Assembly: GCA_963760795.1 (NCBI GenBank)
Contig: CAVXEP010000003.1
Location: 160,001 to 224,000, forward strand
DNA: 64,000 bases
Direction of reading: 5' to 3'
Origin: an uncultured delta proteobacterium
GTDB taxonomy: Bacteria > Desulfobacterota > Binatia > UBA9968
Each line of letters opens with the position of its first letter. Position 1 is the stretch's first letter. A program made the translations under genes and the position numbers. This document shows, piece by piece, positions 44,251 through 53,495 of this stretch. The notes under the pieces are model-generated. The model worked only from the letters and a program-made list of their open reading frames with translations. It did no database searches and was not told the DNA's origin.

Positions 44251-45327
44251 ATGGCAATAGATTTTTATGCAAAAGAAAGACATACACCCGGTGAAGCAAG
44301 GTTTGAAGCTCAGAAAATCGCGTTTGCCCCGTTTGTCTTTCAAGCGGCACTCGCTTTGAGAGACCTGGGGGTTTTAGCAACAGTCGAAAAATACGGTGAT
44401 GAGGGTGTAGGCATTGAGAATCTAACGGAGCAGCTGCATTTACCCCATTACGGAATGCAGGTGCTCCTCGAAGCTGGGTTAGGGATCAACCTGCTGCTTT
44501 ATAAAGAAAAGAAATATTCATTGACCAACACAGGTTACTTCATCCTTCATGACACCATGACGCAAGTCAATATGGACTTCGTCCAGGATGTCAATTATCA
44601 GGGAATTTTTCATTTAAAAGAAGCGATCAAAACGGGTCAGCCAGAAGGCCTCAAGGTGTTTGGGCGGTGGCCCACAATTTATCAGGGCTTGTATTCACTG
44701 CCGGCTAAAGTGCAAAAAAGTTGGTTTGCCTTCGATCACTTTTATTCTGATCTCGCCTTCAGAAGTGCGCTGCCAATTGTGTTTAAGGAAAAACCTTCCA
44801 AGTTAATGGATGTCGGCGGCAATACTGGGAAATGGGCGTTGGAATGTCTGAAATATGACAAGAGTGTTCATGTGACGATTGCTGATTTACCCGGGCAATT
44901 ACGCATGGCTGAAAGAAACCTCGGAAAGGAAGGCGCCCCCGAAAGGGTGTCTTATTACACAATCGATGTACTTAATCCCGCGGAAAAGTTCCCAGACGGC
45001 TACGATGCGATTTGGATGAGTCAGTTTTTAGATTGTTTTTCACACGAGGAGACTGTTTCCATTCTCCGAAGAGTGGCAGAAGGAATGGGAAGTGCCGACA
45101 AACTTTATATTTTAGAGAGTTTCCGGGATAGACAGCAAAATGAGGCAGCTTGTTTTTGTCTTCAACACATATCTCTTTATTTTGCTTGTATGGCGAACGG
45201 TAACAGCCAAATGTTTCATTCGGATGATTTGAAGGTATGTTTAGACGCGGCGGGGTTAGAAGTGATTGAAGATACGGATAAATGCGGCATAAGCCATACG
45301 CTTTTTAAATGTATGAGAAAGAAATAA
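44251..45327 (+). CDS. SAM-dependent O-methyltransferase (ApeB-like)
   Basis: AQKIAFAPFVFQ, WFAFDHFYSD, MDVGGNTGKWA, WMSQFLDCFS and YFACMANGNS. Confidence 0.88.
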   Translation: MAIDFYAKERHTPGEARFEAQKIAFAPFVFQAALALRDLGVLATVEKYGDEGVGIENLTEQLHLPHYGMQVLLEAGLGINLLLYKEKKYSLTNTGYFILHDTMTQVNMDFVQDVNYQGIFHLKEAIKTGQPEGLKVFGRWPTIYQGLYSLPAKVQKSWFAFDHFYSDLAFRSALPIVFKEKPSKLMDVGGNTGKWALECLKYDKSVHVTIADLPGQLRMAERNLGKEGAPERVSYYTIDVLNPAEKFPDGYDAIWMSQFLDCFSHEETVSILRRVAEGMGSADKLYILESFRDRQQNEAACFCLQHISLYFACMANGNSQMFHSDDLKVCLDAAGLEVIEDTDKCGISHTLFKCMRKK

Positions 45328-45329
45328 TA

Positions 45330-45481
45330 GTGCATCGCGTTGATTCCGTTGGTGCTCTTATCGTCGAGCATTTTGCCGAAATCGCTGATCGCTTTCGGTG
45401 TCCCGGCAGAGGAACCGTAAGCAATTCATAGCCGAGCGGGCTGATCCCAGGCATGCCGGTTACCGCCACGCGCCGGTTCAT
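45330..45481 (-). pseudogene. apeR: 5' remnant of the ApeR-like ketosynthase, internally deleted
   Basis: ATG overlaps the apeQ stop (ATGA); MNRRVAVTGMPGISPLG joined directly to IAYGSSAGTPKAISDFGKMLDDKSTNGINA. Confidence 0.75.
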
Positions 45482-46203
45482 GCCAAGCCTCCGTTGACCG
45501 AGATCACTTGGCGCGTGATATACGCGGCATCCCCCGACATCAAGAAACTCACCGCCGCGGCAACTTCTTCAGGCTTACCGACGCGCCGCAGAGGAATCAG
45601 TTTGAGCGCCTCTTCCATCGGCACGGCGGCGATCATGTCGGTTTCAATCAGTCCAGGAGCCACGCAGTTCACAGTGATTTCTCGTTTCGCTAGTTCAAGC
45701 GCCAGTGCTTTTGTCGCGCCGATTATGCCGGCTTTGGCGGCGCTGTAGTTCACTTGGCCGCGGTTGCCGATCACACCGGCAACCGATGATAACGTCACGA
45801 TGCGGCCCGGCGCACGCCGCCGCACCAACGGCATAATCAGCGGATTAAGCACATTGTAAAAGCCATCCAGATTGGTTTGCAGCACGATGTCCCAATCCTC
45901 CCCGCTCATCGCCGGAAACACGTTGTCGCGAACCACGCCGGCGTTACAAACCACGCCGTAGTAACAACCATGCTGGGCGATGTCGGCTGCAAGAGCGGCG
46001 GCGACCGCGGCGCGGACAGCGACATCGAACTGTAAGACGCGCGCTTGCCTTCCCATGGCGGCAATTGCTTCGGCCACATCGTCGGCCTCGGCGCGCCGGC
46101 TGTGACAGTGCACGACGACATCGAAACCATCGCGCGCCAAGCGCAAGGCAATGGCTTTCCCGATGCCCCGGCTCGAGCCGGTGACTAATACAGTGCCGCT
46201 CAC
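45478..46203 (-). CDS. apeQ: 3-oxoacyl-ACP reductase (ApeQ-like)
   Basis: VTGSSRGIG, NAG, GQVNYSAAKAG and RQVISVNGG. Confidence 0.88.
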   Translation of the reverse strand: MSGTVLVTGSSRGIGKAIALRLARDGFDVVVHCHSRRAEADDVAEAIAAMGRQARVLQFDVAVRAAVAAALAADIAQHGCYYGVVCNAGVVRDNVFPAMSGEDWDIVLQTNLDGFYNVLNPLIMPLVRRRAPGRIVTLSSVAGVIGNRGQVNYSAAKAGIIGATKALALELAKREITVNCVAPGLIETDMIAAVPMEEALKLIPLRRVGKPEEVAAAVSFLMSGDAAYITRQVISVNGGLA

Positions 46204-46654
46204 GACGAACTCCTGGCGAGAAATTCCTCGACATCGGGCGGTTGAAAGACCGTCAGCGTTGCCGTAGCCACCGGCCCGCGCCCGATATCGACAATCTCGC
46301 AGTCAAAAGATGACAAACCGTTTTCCCCTTCCAACACGCGCGTTGCCACGATGCTTAGAACACTGCCGACGGGAAACATTGGCCAGTTGCACTGATAACG
46401 CCGCGTGCCAAGTATGAAGCCAAGCCGAATCGGCTCGCCGCGCAGGCGCGCCCGGTAACCCGCGTAGGCGCCGATCGCCTGCGCCAAGTACTCGATGCCG
46501 ACCAGGCACCAACCCCATCGGCGCGGCAGAACAGACTGTCTGGCCGAATCATCACTTCCGCGGTGACACTCTCCTCATCGGCGGCAACCAGCCGGTCGAG
46601 CAGTACCATTGGCCCCGCGTGGGGCAGCAAAGATCGGATGTCAGCCATTTCCAT
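46200..46654 (-). CDS. apeP: Hotdog dehydratase (ApeP-like; one apparent frameshift)
   Basis: LLPHAGPMVLLD, then EYLAQAIGA...LGFILGTR. Confidence 0.8.
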
Positions 46655-46656
46655 CG

Positions 46657-47844
46657 CTATTCACGCGCTAAAACTAATACGGCATTGGCACCGCCGAATG
46701 CAAAGGAATTACTGACCGCCCGGCGCAGCGGCCGGCCGAGGCCATACCCCGGCTCAGCTACATTGAGCGTTGGCAACTCCGGATCAGCATCACCATCCCA
46801 CAAATGCGGCGGCAGCTTGCCGTTGGGATTATCATCCTGCATCGCCAGCCAACACAACCCCGCTTCAATCGCCCCCGCTGCTCCTAAAGCGTGTCCCGTC
46901 ATGGGTTTTGTCGAACTGACCGGCTGTTCGTTGCCAAATAGGGTGGCCACGACGCGCGCTTCCATGGCGTCGTTTTGGATCGTCCCTGTGCCGTGCAGAT
47001 TCACGTAATCGATGTCTCGCGGGCCCATGCCCGCGCGCGCCAAGGCGCGTTCGATGGCCAGTTGCGCGCCAGTGCCGGCTGGATCGGGCGCCGAGATATG
47101 GTAGCCATCGGAGGACTCGCCCCAACCGCGCAGGGCAACCGTCGACGGATCTTCGCTCATGAGAAACAGCGCCGCTCCTTCCCCGATATTCATGCCATTT
47201 CGATTGCGGCTGAGCGGATTACACCGCGCCTCGCTCATCGATTCCAAGGCGCAGAATCCGGCAACTGTAAATTGGCATAGTGAATCGACCCCTCCCGCCA
47301 ATACCGCATCGCAAAGTCCCATGCGAATCAAACGCGCCGCGCTGGCTAGCGCCTTGGCGCTCGAAGCGCAGGCACTAGAGGCAACACAGGCGGGACCGCT
47401 AACGCCAAGCTTGGCAGCCAACATGGCCGCAGCGGAGCTCAGTTCTTGCTGGCCGTAATGAAATTGCGTCGGCAGTTTTCCGGTAACGACATGCTCGTGC
47501 AAAGCCGCTTCCCCCTCACCGATTCCTGAGGTGCTGGTGCCGATCACCACTCCGCAACGCTGGGCGCCGTATCTTTCGATGGCGGCATCGACCGCGGTGC
47601 GGATCTGCGCCAGTGCGGCCAGGGCTAATTGATTGTTATGGCTTCGTTGACTCACCGGCAAGTCATCAACCGCCGGCAGTAGCGCCGCCACGCGGCCGAC
47701 CGGCAGCGACCGCCCCGGCGAAAATAGCTCGCTGCTGGCCACTCCGCTCTGCGCCAGATCGAGTGAATTGCGCTTAATCTCGCCCCGGTTCGCGCCCAAC
47801 GAACAGATCATGCCCAAAGCATTTAGGTAACAAGTCTTCATCAC
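46657..47844 (-). CDS. apeO: Beta-ketoacyl-ACP synthase (ApeO-like)
   Basis: SACASSAKA, NLHGTGT, KPMTGHALG and NSFAFGG. Confidence 0.88.
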   Translation of the reverse strand: MMKTCYLNALGMICSLGANRGEIKRNSLDLAQSGVASSELFSPGRSLPVGRVAALLPAVDDLPVSQRSHNNQLALAALAQIRTAVDAAIERYGAQRCGVVIGTSTSGIGEGEAALHEHVVTGKLPTQFHYGQQELSSAAAMLAAKLGVSGPACVASSACASSAKALASAARLIRMGLCDAVLAGGVDSLCQFTVAGFCALESMSEARCNPLSRNRNGMNIGEGAALFLMSEDPSTVALRGWGESSDGYHISAPDPAGTGAQLAIERALARAGMGPRDIDYVNLHGTGTIQNDAMEARVVATLFGNEQPVSSTKPMTGHALGAAGAIEAGLCWLAMQDDNPNGKLPPHLWDGDADPELPTLNVAEPGYGLGRPLRRAVSNSFAFGGANAVLVLARE

Positions 47845-48404
47845 GGGTTTGTCACGGACTCAATCGTTATTCGGTAGCCGTAGCGTAGATTGGTCAGTTC
47901 CACGCTGCTGCCCCAGCGCAATGGCCCGCCATAGTTGATCACAATAACCGGCGCCGTGTCGAACCACAGGACACGGCGCAAGCCGCGCTCCTCGATATGC
48001 CACTGCGCCGGCAACGCGCTACGAATCGCATCCGCCGGCCATAACGTCAGCTGCAAATCTTCAAGCACATCTTCGGCGCGCAATTGACTCGGCACCCCCG
48101 GGTGCCGCCAGGTTTGCACCGCTTGGCCGTCGAAAACCAGTGACAGCATGCGTTGGCCAAGCATCAAGATAATCAGATGGACGCTCTGTTCGTCAACTTC
48201 CAGCGCGGCATCGAGCTGGTCGATGCGGCCGTCGCGCTGAACGGTCAAACGCTGTTGCAAACTGATCGATTCGCCAAGCGATGCGGGCGAAAGCTTGAGA
48301 CCCAGGCGCAGCGCAGCCGGCGCGGCGCAGCCGGTTATTAAATACCCGAGCAGGACCAGCCAGCAAAGATTCCCGGCGCGGCCGCTTAAAGCGACAAAGC
48401 GCAA
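47841..48404 (-). CDS. apeN: DUF3261 lipoprotein (ApeN-like)
   Basis: Lipobox ITG-C; DLQLTLWP; terminal YRITIE; position in the ape operon. Confidence 0.75.
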   Translation of the reverse strand: MRFVALSGRAGNLCWLVLLGYLITGCAAPAALRLGLKLSPASLGESISLQQRLTVQRDGRIDQLDAALEVDEQSVHLIILMLGQRMLSLVFDGQAVQTWRHPGVPSQLRAEDVLEDLQLTLWPADAIRSALPAQWHIEERGLRRVLWFDTAPVIVINYGGPLRWGSSVELTNLRYGYRITIESVTNP

Positions 48405-49615
48405 AATTCCTCCAATGCGGCTAAACGCCGCTTGGGCTCGCGCACATACGGGTTGGTTTCATCCCATGCGTAGCCGGCAAGGATCGCGGTAATCATACGC
48501 CGAACATCAGGCGGCGCGGCATCAAAAAAAATATTTTCTGAAACTCGCCAGCGTACCACGAGTCGACGTAAGCGCGAAAAGTATCGACACCGACTTTAAG
48601 CGGCTGGGCGAAATCGTTGTCCCAATCGACACACTCGCCCGACAGTTGGCGTCTCAGGGCGCGCGCGGCCAGACTCGCCGATTTGAAGGCGATGGTGACA
48701 CCGGAGGAGAAAATCGGGTCGAGAAACTCGCCGGCATTGCCGAGGAGCGCGAAGCCTTTGCCCCAGAGCGATTTAACGTTGGCGGCATAGCCGACAAGAT
48801 GGCGCGCCGGCGTGTCCCAACGCGCCTGTTCGACTAGATCGCCAAGGGTCGGCGCGGTGCGGACCAAGGCCTGCAATCGTTCCCTGTCGGTACCCGAATA
48901 GTCTCGACTAAAAAATCGATTTCTGCCGACGACGCCGATGGAACAACGGCCATCGGCAAAGGGAATAAGCCAGTACCATACGTCGTCGCGGTCGGGATGA
49001 ACCGTGATGAGGATCTTGTTGCGATCGAAGCCGTCGTCATCGATACCATCCTCGATATGGGTAAAAATCGCGCCGCGCACGGGAAAATTTGATGGCGCCT
49101 CCAAGTCGAGCAGACGGGGCAACACCCGGCCAAAACCGCTGGCATCGAGCAGGAAGTTGGCTTCGATTGTATAAACTTGGCCCTGCGGATCTCGCACCGT
49201 TAGCTGCGGCTTATCACGCTCCACATCCACCGCCAGCACTTCATGGCGGTAGCGCACCTCCGCGCCCTGGGCTTCGGCTTGCAGGGCAAGTAAATGATCG
49301 AAGCGCGCCCGCTGCACTTGGAAAGTCGTGCTCCATCCGGGCGTAGATTTATCGTGAAAATCGAACTGGGTGCGCTTGTCGCCATGGACAAAAACCGCGC
49401 CATTTTTTAATTGAAATCCACCCTGCTGCACCGCACCCAGCATGCCGGCCTCTTCTAAATACTGCATGCTTTGCGGCAACAAACTCTCGCCGATGCTAAA
49501 GCGCGGGAACTGTTCGCGCTCGAGCACCAACACGCGCCTGCCCTGTTTGCGCAGACAGCGCTGCAGCGACCGCGCCGGCGGGGCCAGCACCGATAATCAA
49601 AACCTCCGGGTTCAT
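48386..49615 (-). CDS. Flavin-dependent halogenase-like oxidoreductase (apparent frameshifts at both ends)
   Basis: IIGAGPAG, FPRFSIGESLLP, QLKNGA, WYWLIP, GEFLDPIFSSG, and ILAGYAWDETNPY in a shifted frame. Confidence 0.8.
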
Positions 49616-49662
49616 GAAACTCCACCCACAACGCAACCCCCGCAACAAAGCAATTCGGATGA

Positions 49663-49765
49663 TTCACCGCCGAGACGCTGAGACCGCAAAGTTCGGAGAA
49701 GAGAGATGGTCGAAGAAAAACGAATCAAGATCCGACCTCTGCGTCCTCCGCGCCTCTGCGGTGCA
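49663..49765. repeat. Inverted 8/9-mer repeat element overlapping the MMPL C-terminus
   Basis: ttcaccgccgagacgctgagaccgcaaag ... ctctgcgtc ctccgcgc ctctgcggtgcaa. Confidence 0.65.
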
Positions 49766-52121
49766 ATTTCCGAGATCCTCTTCGCCCCCGCTCCACCGCG
49801 AAACAAGGCACTATCAGCGCGACAGTCGCAATGCCAATCAACATGGTCAGGCCAAACGCGCGCAGCGCCGGTGTCTGGCTCAATCCCAACAAGCCAAAGG
49901 AAAGCTGCGTGCTGAGCGCCGATAAAACAGTGGCCAACCAAGCCGTCGGGTCACCCCGCAGCGGGTGTTCCTGAAAAAAGATTCCATAATCGACACCTAT
50001 ACCAAGCAGCAGCATGAGAGCCAAAACATGAAACAGCTGCAAACTGACCCCCGCGGCGCCGAACAAAGCGAGGGTCGCAACGCTGGCCAAACCGATGGGC
50101 GCTACGGCGCGCCAAGCGCGGCCGCGGTAACGCGGGAAGAGCAAAAGATACACGCCGAGATAGGAAACTAGCACAACCCAACTCATATAACGGCGGTAAT
50201 CTGCCAACAAGGATGAAATCTCACCGACCTTGTCAACCCATTCGACTCCCTGCAACCCGGTCGCTGCCGCACGCAACGCCGGCAGCGTTGCCGGTGTCAC
50301 ATTACGCACGGCCACCACACTGGCGTAATTGTTGTCGATCTTGCCGATCCATAGGTGGCGCCAGGGTTCGCTCGCGGGAGATTGCAGAAATAGCTCGGGG
50401 GTCAGCGGCGGGCGCGGCGCGAGCAAACGTTCGCGCGTGGCGGCAACCCACCTGTCGGCCTCGCCGAGCTGTGAGGCCAGAGTCTTTAGCGGCCCGTTTT
50501 TGACGAACAACGTCCGCTCAACGGCAGCACGACGACGCTCTTGAGCCTCGAGCGATGGCACCCAGTTGGAAATCGCCTGATAACCACCGAACACTTTTTT
50601 CTCAATTAAAAGATCGAGTCGTTGTCGCAAAGTTTCTTCAGCGCGCAGGACCATCTCGGAAGTCGGTCCACGCACCAGATAAAATTGCACCGGCGACGGC
50701 GCATCGAGGAGCTGGCTTAACTTTATCTGTTCGGCCACCAGCCGCTTGGGCGGGTTTTGCAGCAGTCGGATATCATCTTGAACGCTTAAGTTCGACACTC
50801 CATAAGCGGCAAATACCGCGAAGGCCGCGGCCCATAATAAAGTCCTCCCATCCGCCCGGACCAAAGGCCAAGCGCCGAGGCTTCGTGCCAGCCAAGGCAG
50901 CAGCCGCGCGGCTTTGACCGACCCCAACGGCACGAGTGCGGGGAACCAAAATACCACAGTCAACCAAGCGCAAATAAGACCCACAGCGGAGAATAAGGCC
51001 ATTTGTTGCAAGCCCGGAAACGGCGTCAGGAGCAGAGCCAAATAACCGATCAAGGTGGTTATCCCCGTCAGCAGCATTGCCGGCAATAATTTCCGTAACA
51101 AGCTTTCGGAATCGACTGTTTCATTGGCGCAGCGATGGCACCAATAGTAAATCCCGTAATCCTGCGCCACGCCGATCAAACTCGCGCCGAATACCAACGT
51201 CAACATGTGGATGCGCTCGAAAATCAGCACGCAAATAGAAACTGCGCCCAGACAGCCGACGGCGACCGAGAGCATGACCCACAGAACAGGCTTCAAGGAA
51301 CGAAAAGTGAACCAGATCAACAACACAATACCGATCGTTGAGCCAGCGCCGATGGCCGACATTTCTGCCTGGGCTTTAGTGCTGGCCGCCGCTGCATGCA
51401 GCACCACACCGGCCGAGATAACTTCGCTACCCGAAACTGCTTTGCGCGCCGCGCGGCGCGCCTGGTTTAACAAAGGGACAACAGCTTTCTGGGTCGCCAC
51501 GGCAAAGGCTGAAGAGCGCAACGTCATCGGCAGCACGACATATTGGCGCTGGCCATCGCTGACGAAAAGTTTGCCATCGCGCGGCCGCACCGGAGTTTCC
51601 TGGGCGCGCGCTTGCAGCCATTCACCGAACAAACCGAACGGATCGTCCTGCCACGAAACGGCTTTGGGTCCGCTGAACGGACGATACAATTGGCGCGCCG
51701 CGCTTTCCACCCAATAGGAGGCCGGTTGATTGGCCAGTGCCACTTCGGCGTCTCGGGTTATCAGGGCGATGCGGTAGGGCTGAAACTGCGCCAACCAATC
51801 GGCCTTATTCTCCAAGCGCCCTAGATCGGCCACCTGAAGAAGGTGGCCGTGCGGCTTCAGCACTGCCAGATAGCTATCGGCGGCACGGCTGGCGCGCCCC
51901 CAATCGTCGGAACCAATCAAAACCACGACCCGCTGCTGAGCGGTGTCAACCATGCGGCCAAAGGCGGCGCTCAAGAGTGGATCCTGGCGATCGACGGGCA
52001 TGAGCGCGAGGATATCGGTGTCGGGAACCAAGCGCTGGCCGAACCACAGATAGCCGTTGTGCGCCAGGAACAAACTCACGAATATCGCCCAGAGCCGCGT
52101 CATCGAGCGCCCCCGGCTCAA
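49725..52121 (-). CDS. apeM: MMPL/RND-family exporter (ApeM-like)
   Basis: DPFGL, FGASLIGVAQDY, LGIGVDY and TPALRAFG; two TM bundles. Confidence 0.85.
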   Translation of the reverse strand: MSRGRSMTRLWAIFVSLFLAHNGYLWFGQRLVPDTDILALMPVDRQDPLLSAAFGRMVDTAQQRVVVLIGSDDWGRASRAADSYLAVLKPHGHLLQVADLGRLENKADWLAQFQPYRIALITRDAEVALANQPASYWVESAARQLYRPFSGPKAVSWQDDPFGLFGEWLQARAQETPVRPRDGKLFVSDGQRQYVVLPMTLRSSAFAVATQKAVVPLLNQARRAARKAVSGSEVISAGVVLHAAAASTKAQAEMSAIGAGSTIGIVLLIWFTFRSLKPVLWVMLSVAVGCLGAVSICVLIFERIHMLTLVFGASLIGVAQDYGIYYWCHRCANETVDSESLLRKLLPAMLLTGITTLIGYLALLLTPFPGLQQMALFSAVGLICAWLTVVFWFPALVPLGSVKAARLLPWLARSLGAWPLVRADGRTLLWAAAFAVFAAYGVSNLSVQDDIRLLQNPPKRLVAEQIKLSQLLDAPSPVQFYLVRGPTSEMVLRAEETLRQRLDLLIEKKVFGGYQAISNWVPSLEAQERRRAAVERTLFVKNGPLKTLASQLGEADRWVAATRERLLAPRPPLTPELFLQSPASEPWRHLWIGKIDNNYASVVAVRNVTPATLPALRAAATGLQGVEWVDKVGEISSLLADYRRYMSWVVLVSYLGVYLLLFPRYRGRAWRAVAPIGLASVATLALFGAAGVSLQLFHVLALMLLLGIGVDYGIFFQEHPLRGDPTAWLATVLSALSTQLSFGLLGLSQTPALRAFGLTMLIGIATVALIVPCFAVERGRRGSRKLHRRGAEDAEVGS

Positions 52122-52720
52122 AAGAGCGCCGCTTCATCGGCGCTCATGGCGTCCGCGCCGCTTTGGATCGTCGTAAAAACGATCTGGGTACGATCGCCGT
52201 TGGCTTCTTGCAGAGCGATCTTGTTCACATAGACGCCGCCCTCGATCAAAATGCTGTCAATCACCTTAGCTAAACCCGGCTCGCGCGCTTTCAACGTCAC
52301 GCTCCAATTGTTTTGTTGAATCGTCCCATCCGCATCGAACAGTTTCTCCAGTGGGCCGAAATCGCCGGCGAGCAGCGCGAACATGACGCTATTGATCGTT
52401 CTTATCGTCGGCTCTTGCTTGGCGTCGAGGCGTTGCGTGATGCGCTCGCCTTGCATCATGACGATCTCGTCGCGGGAGAGCTTCACCGTATTGGGAAATG
52501 GCGCCAGCGTGCGCCAGAGCACGCCTTTTTCGGCCAGCACGCAGAACCGGCCATTGGAAAGCACCGGCCGCTTCAACCCGACCAGCTGCTTGCTTTGTTC
52601 GAAGCGGCCGCAAAGAATCTTGGGCTTCGCCAATATCGCTTGTATTTTTGCCACCGGTGCGGCGCCCAGCGCCAGCAACGCAGCCCAGACAACAGCACTC
52701 GCCAACCCCAATCGTTTCAT
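52118..52720 (-). CDS. apeL: LolA-like lipoprotein carrier (ApeL-like)
   Basis: Signal peptide; GRFEQSKQL, SNGRF, GVLW and EANGDRTQI. Confidence 0.82.
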   Translation of the reverse strand: MKRLGLASAVVWAALLALGAAPVAKIQAILAKPKILCGRFEQSKQLVGLKRPVLSNGRFCVLAEKGVLWRTLAPFPNTVKLSRDEIVMMQGERITQRLDAKQEPTIRTINSVMFALLAGDFGPLEKLFDADGTIQQNNWSVTLKAREPGLAKVIDSILIEGGVYVNKIALQEANGDRTQIVFTTIQSGADAMSADEAALF

Positions 52721-53145
52721 GGCGGCGACACTCCCAATTTCTCGAACAGCACCGGCGGTGAGACAAAACACATCTCGCCACTCGTCCCGTCGACGGCGAC
52801 TTGCGTAGTAGTAGCGCGCGAGAGCCGGCGCCCCGTCATCGCGTCGTTGATCAAATACTGAATCTTGAGACGATTTTGCCACTCGACAATTTCAGCGCGC
52901 AATTTCAGCCGCTGCCCAAAGGTTGCCGGGCTAGCGTAACGAATATGCATATCGATCACCGGCCAAGCATAGCCGGATGCTTTCATCTGCTGGTAGTTGT
53001 AGCCGATCCGATCGAGCAACGCGCAACGTGCGATTTCTAAATACTTGACATAGTGGCCGTGCCATACGACCTCCATGGGATCGAGATCGAAAAATTGCAC
53101 CTGGGTCTCTATTTCAGCAACCCAACGGCTGGGAGTTTTACTCAT
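52717..53145 (-). CDS. apeK: Acyl-CoA/ACP thioesterase (ApeK-like)
   Basis: FFDLDPMEVVWHGHYVKYLE and WPVID. Confidence 0.85.
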   Translation of the reverse strand: MSKTPSRWVAEIETQVQFFDLDPMEVVWHGHYVKYLEIARCALLDRIGYNYQQMKASGYAWPVIDMHIRYASPATFGQRLKLRAEIVEWQNRLKIQYLINDAMTGRRLSRATTTQVAVDGTSGEMCFVSPPVLFEKLGVSPP

Positions 53146-53179
53146 AAGTGTTTCAGGCTTTGTCTGGATGGAGAAAAGA

Positions 53180-53470
53180 AATTTCACCACGAAGTGTTTC
53201 ATGAGCTTGCGCTCGTCTACAGATCATGAAAATACCGGAAGCCCCCTCCCGAGGGTTCATTCCTTAGACTCGTCATGCCGGCGCAGGCCGGCATCCAGGG
53301 GCGGGAGGGGGGATGGATACCGGCCTGCGCCGGTATGACGGACAGAGAGTCGTTATCGACGCGCAGATCATCGCTGCACGTGAATTTTCGAAGGAGGCAC
53401 GAAGGACACGAACGTTTCAGATGACCAAAGCTCCGAACTTCGTGGTCTTCGTGTCCTTCGTGGTGAAAAT
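53180..53470. repeat. Composite intergenic repeat: CACGAA-type elements surrounding a CGTC-type REP palindrome
   Basis: 27-bp arms 53271-53297 CGTCATGCCGGCGCAGGCCGGCATCCA and 53314-53340 TGGATACCGGCCTGCGCCGGTATGACG; flanked by ttcaccacgaag and cttcgtggtcttcgtgtccttcgtggtgaaa. Confidence 0.8.
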
Positions 53471-53495
53471 ATCTTCGCATTAAACCAGGAATAAC

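Noticed and set aside
29345-45327. Ladderane lipid biosynthesis
   Set aside because: No radical-SAM (CxxxCxxC) genes are present and nothing suggests an anammox organism; the KS, ACP and desaturase content alone is not diagnostic.
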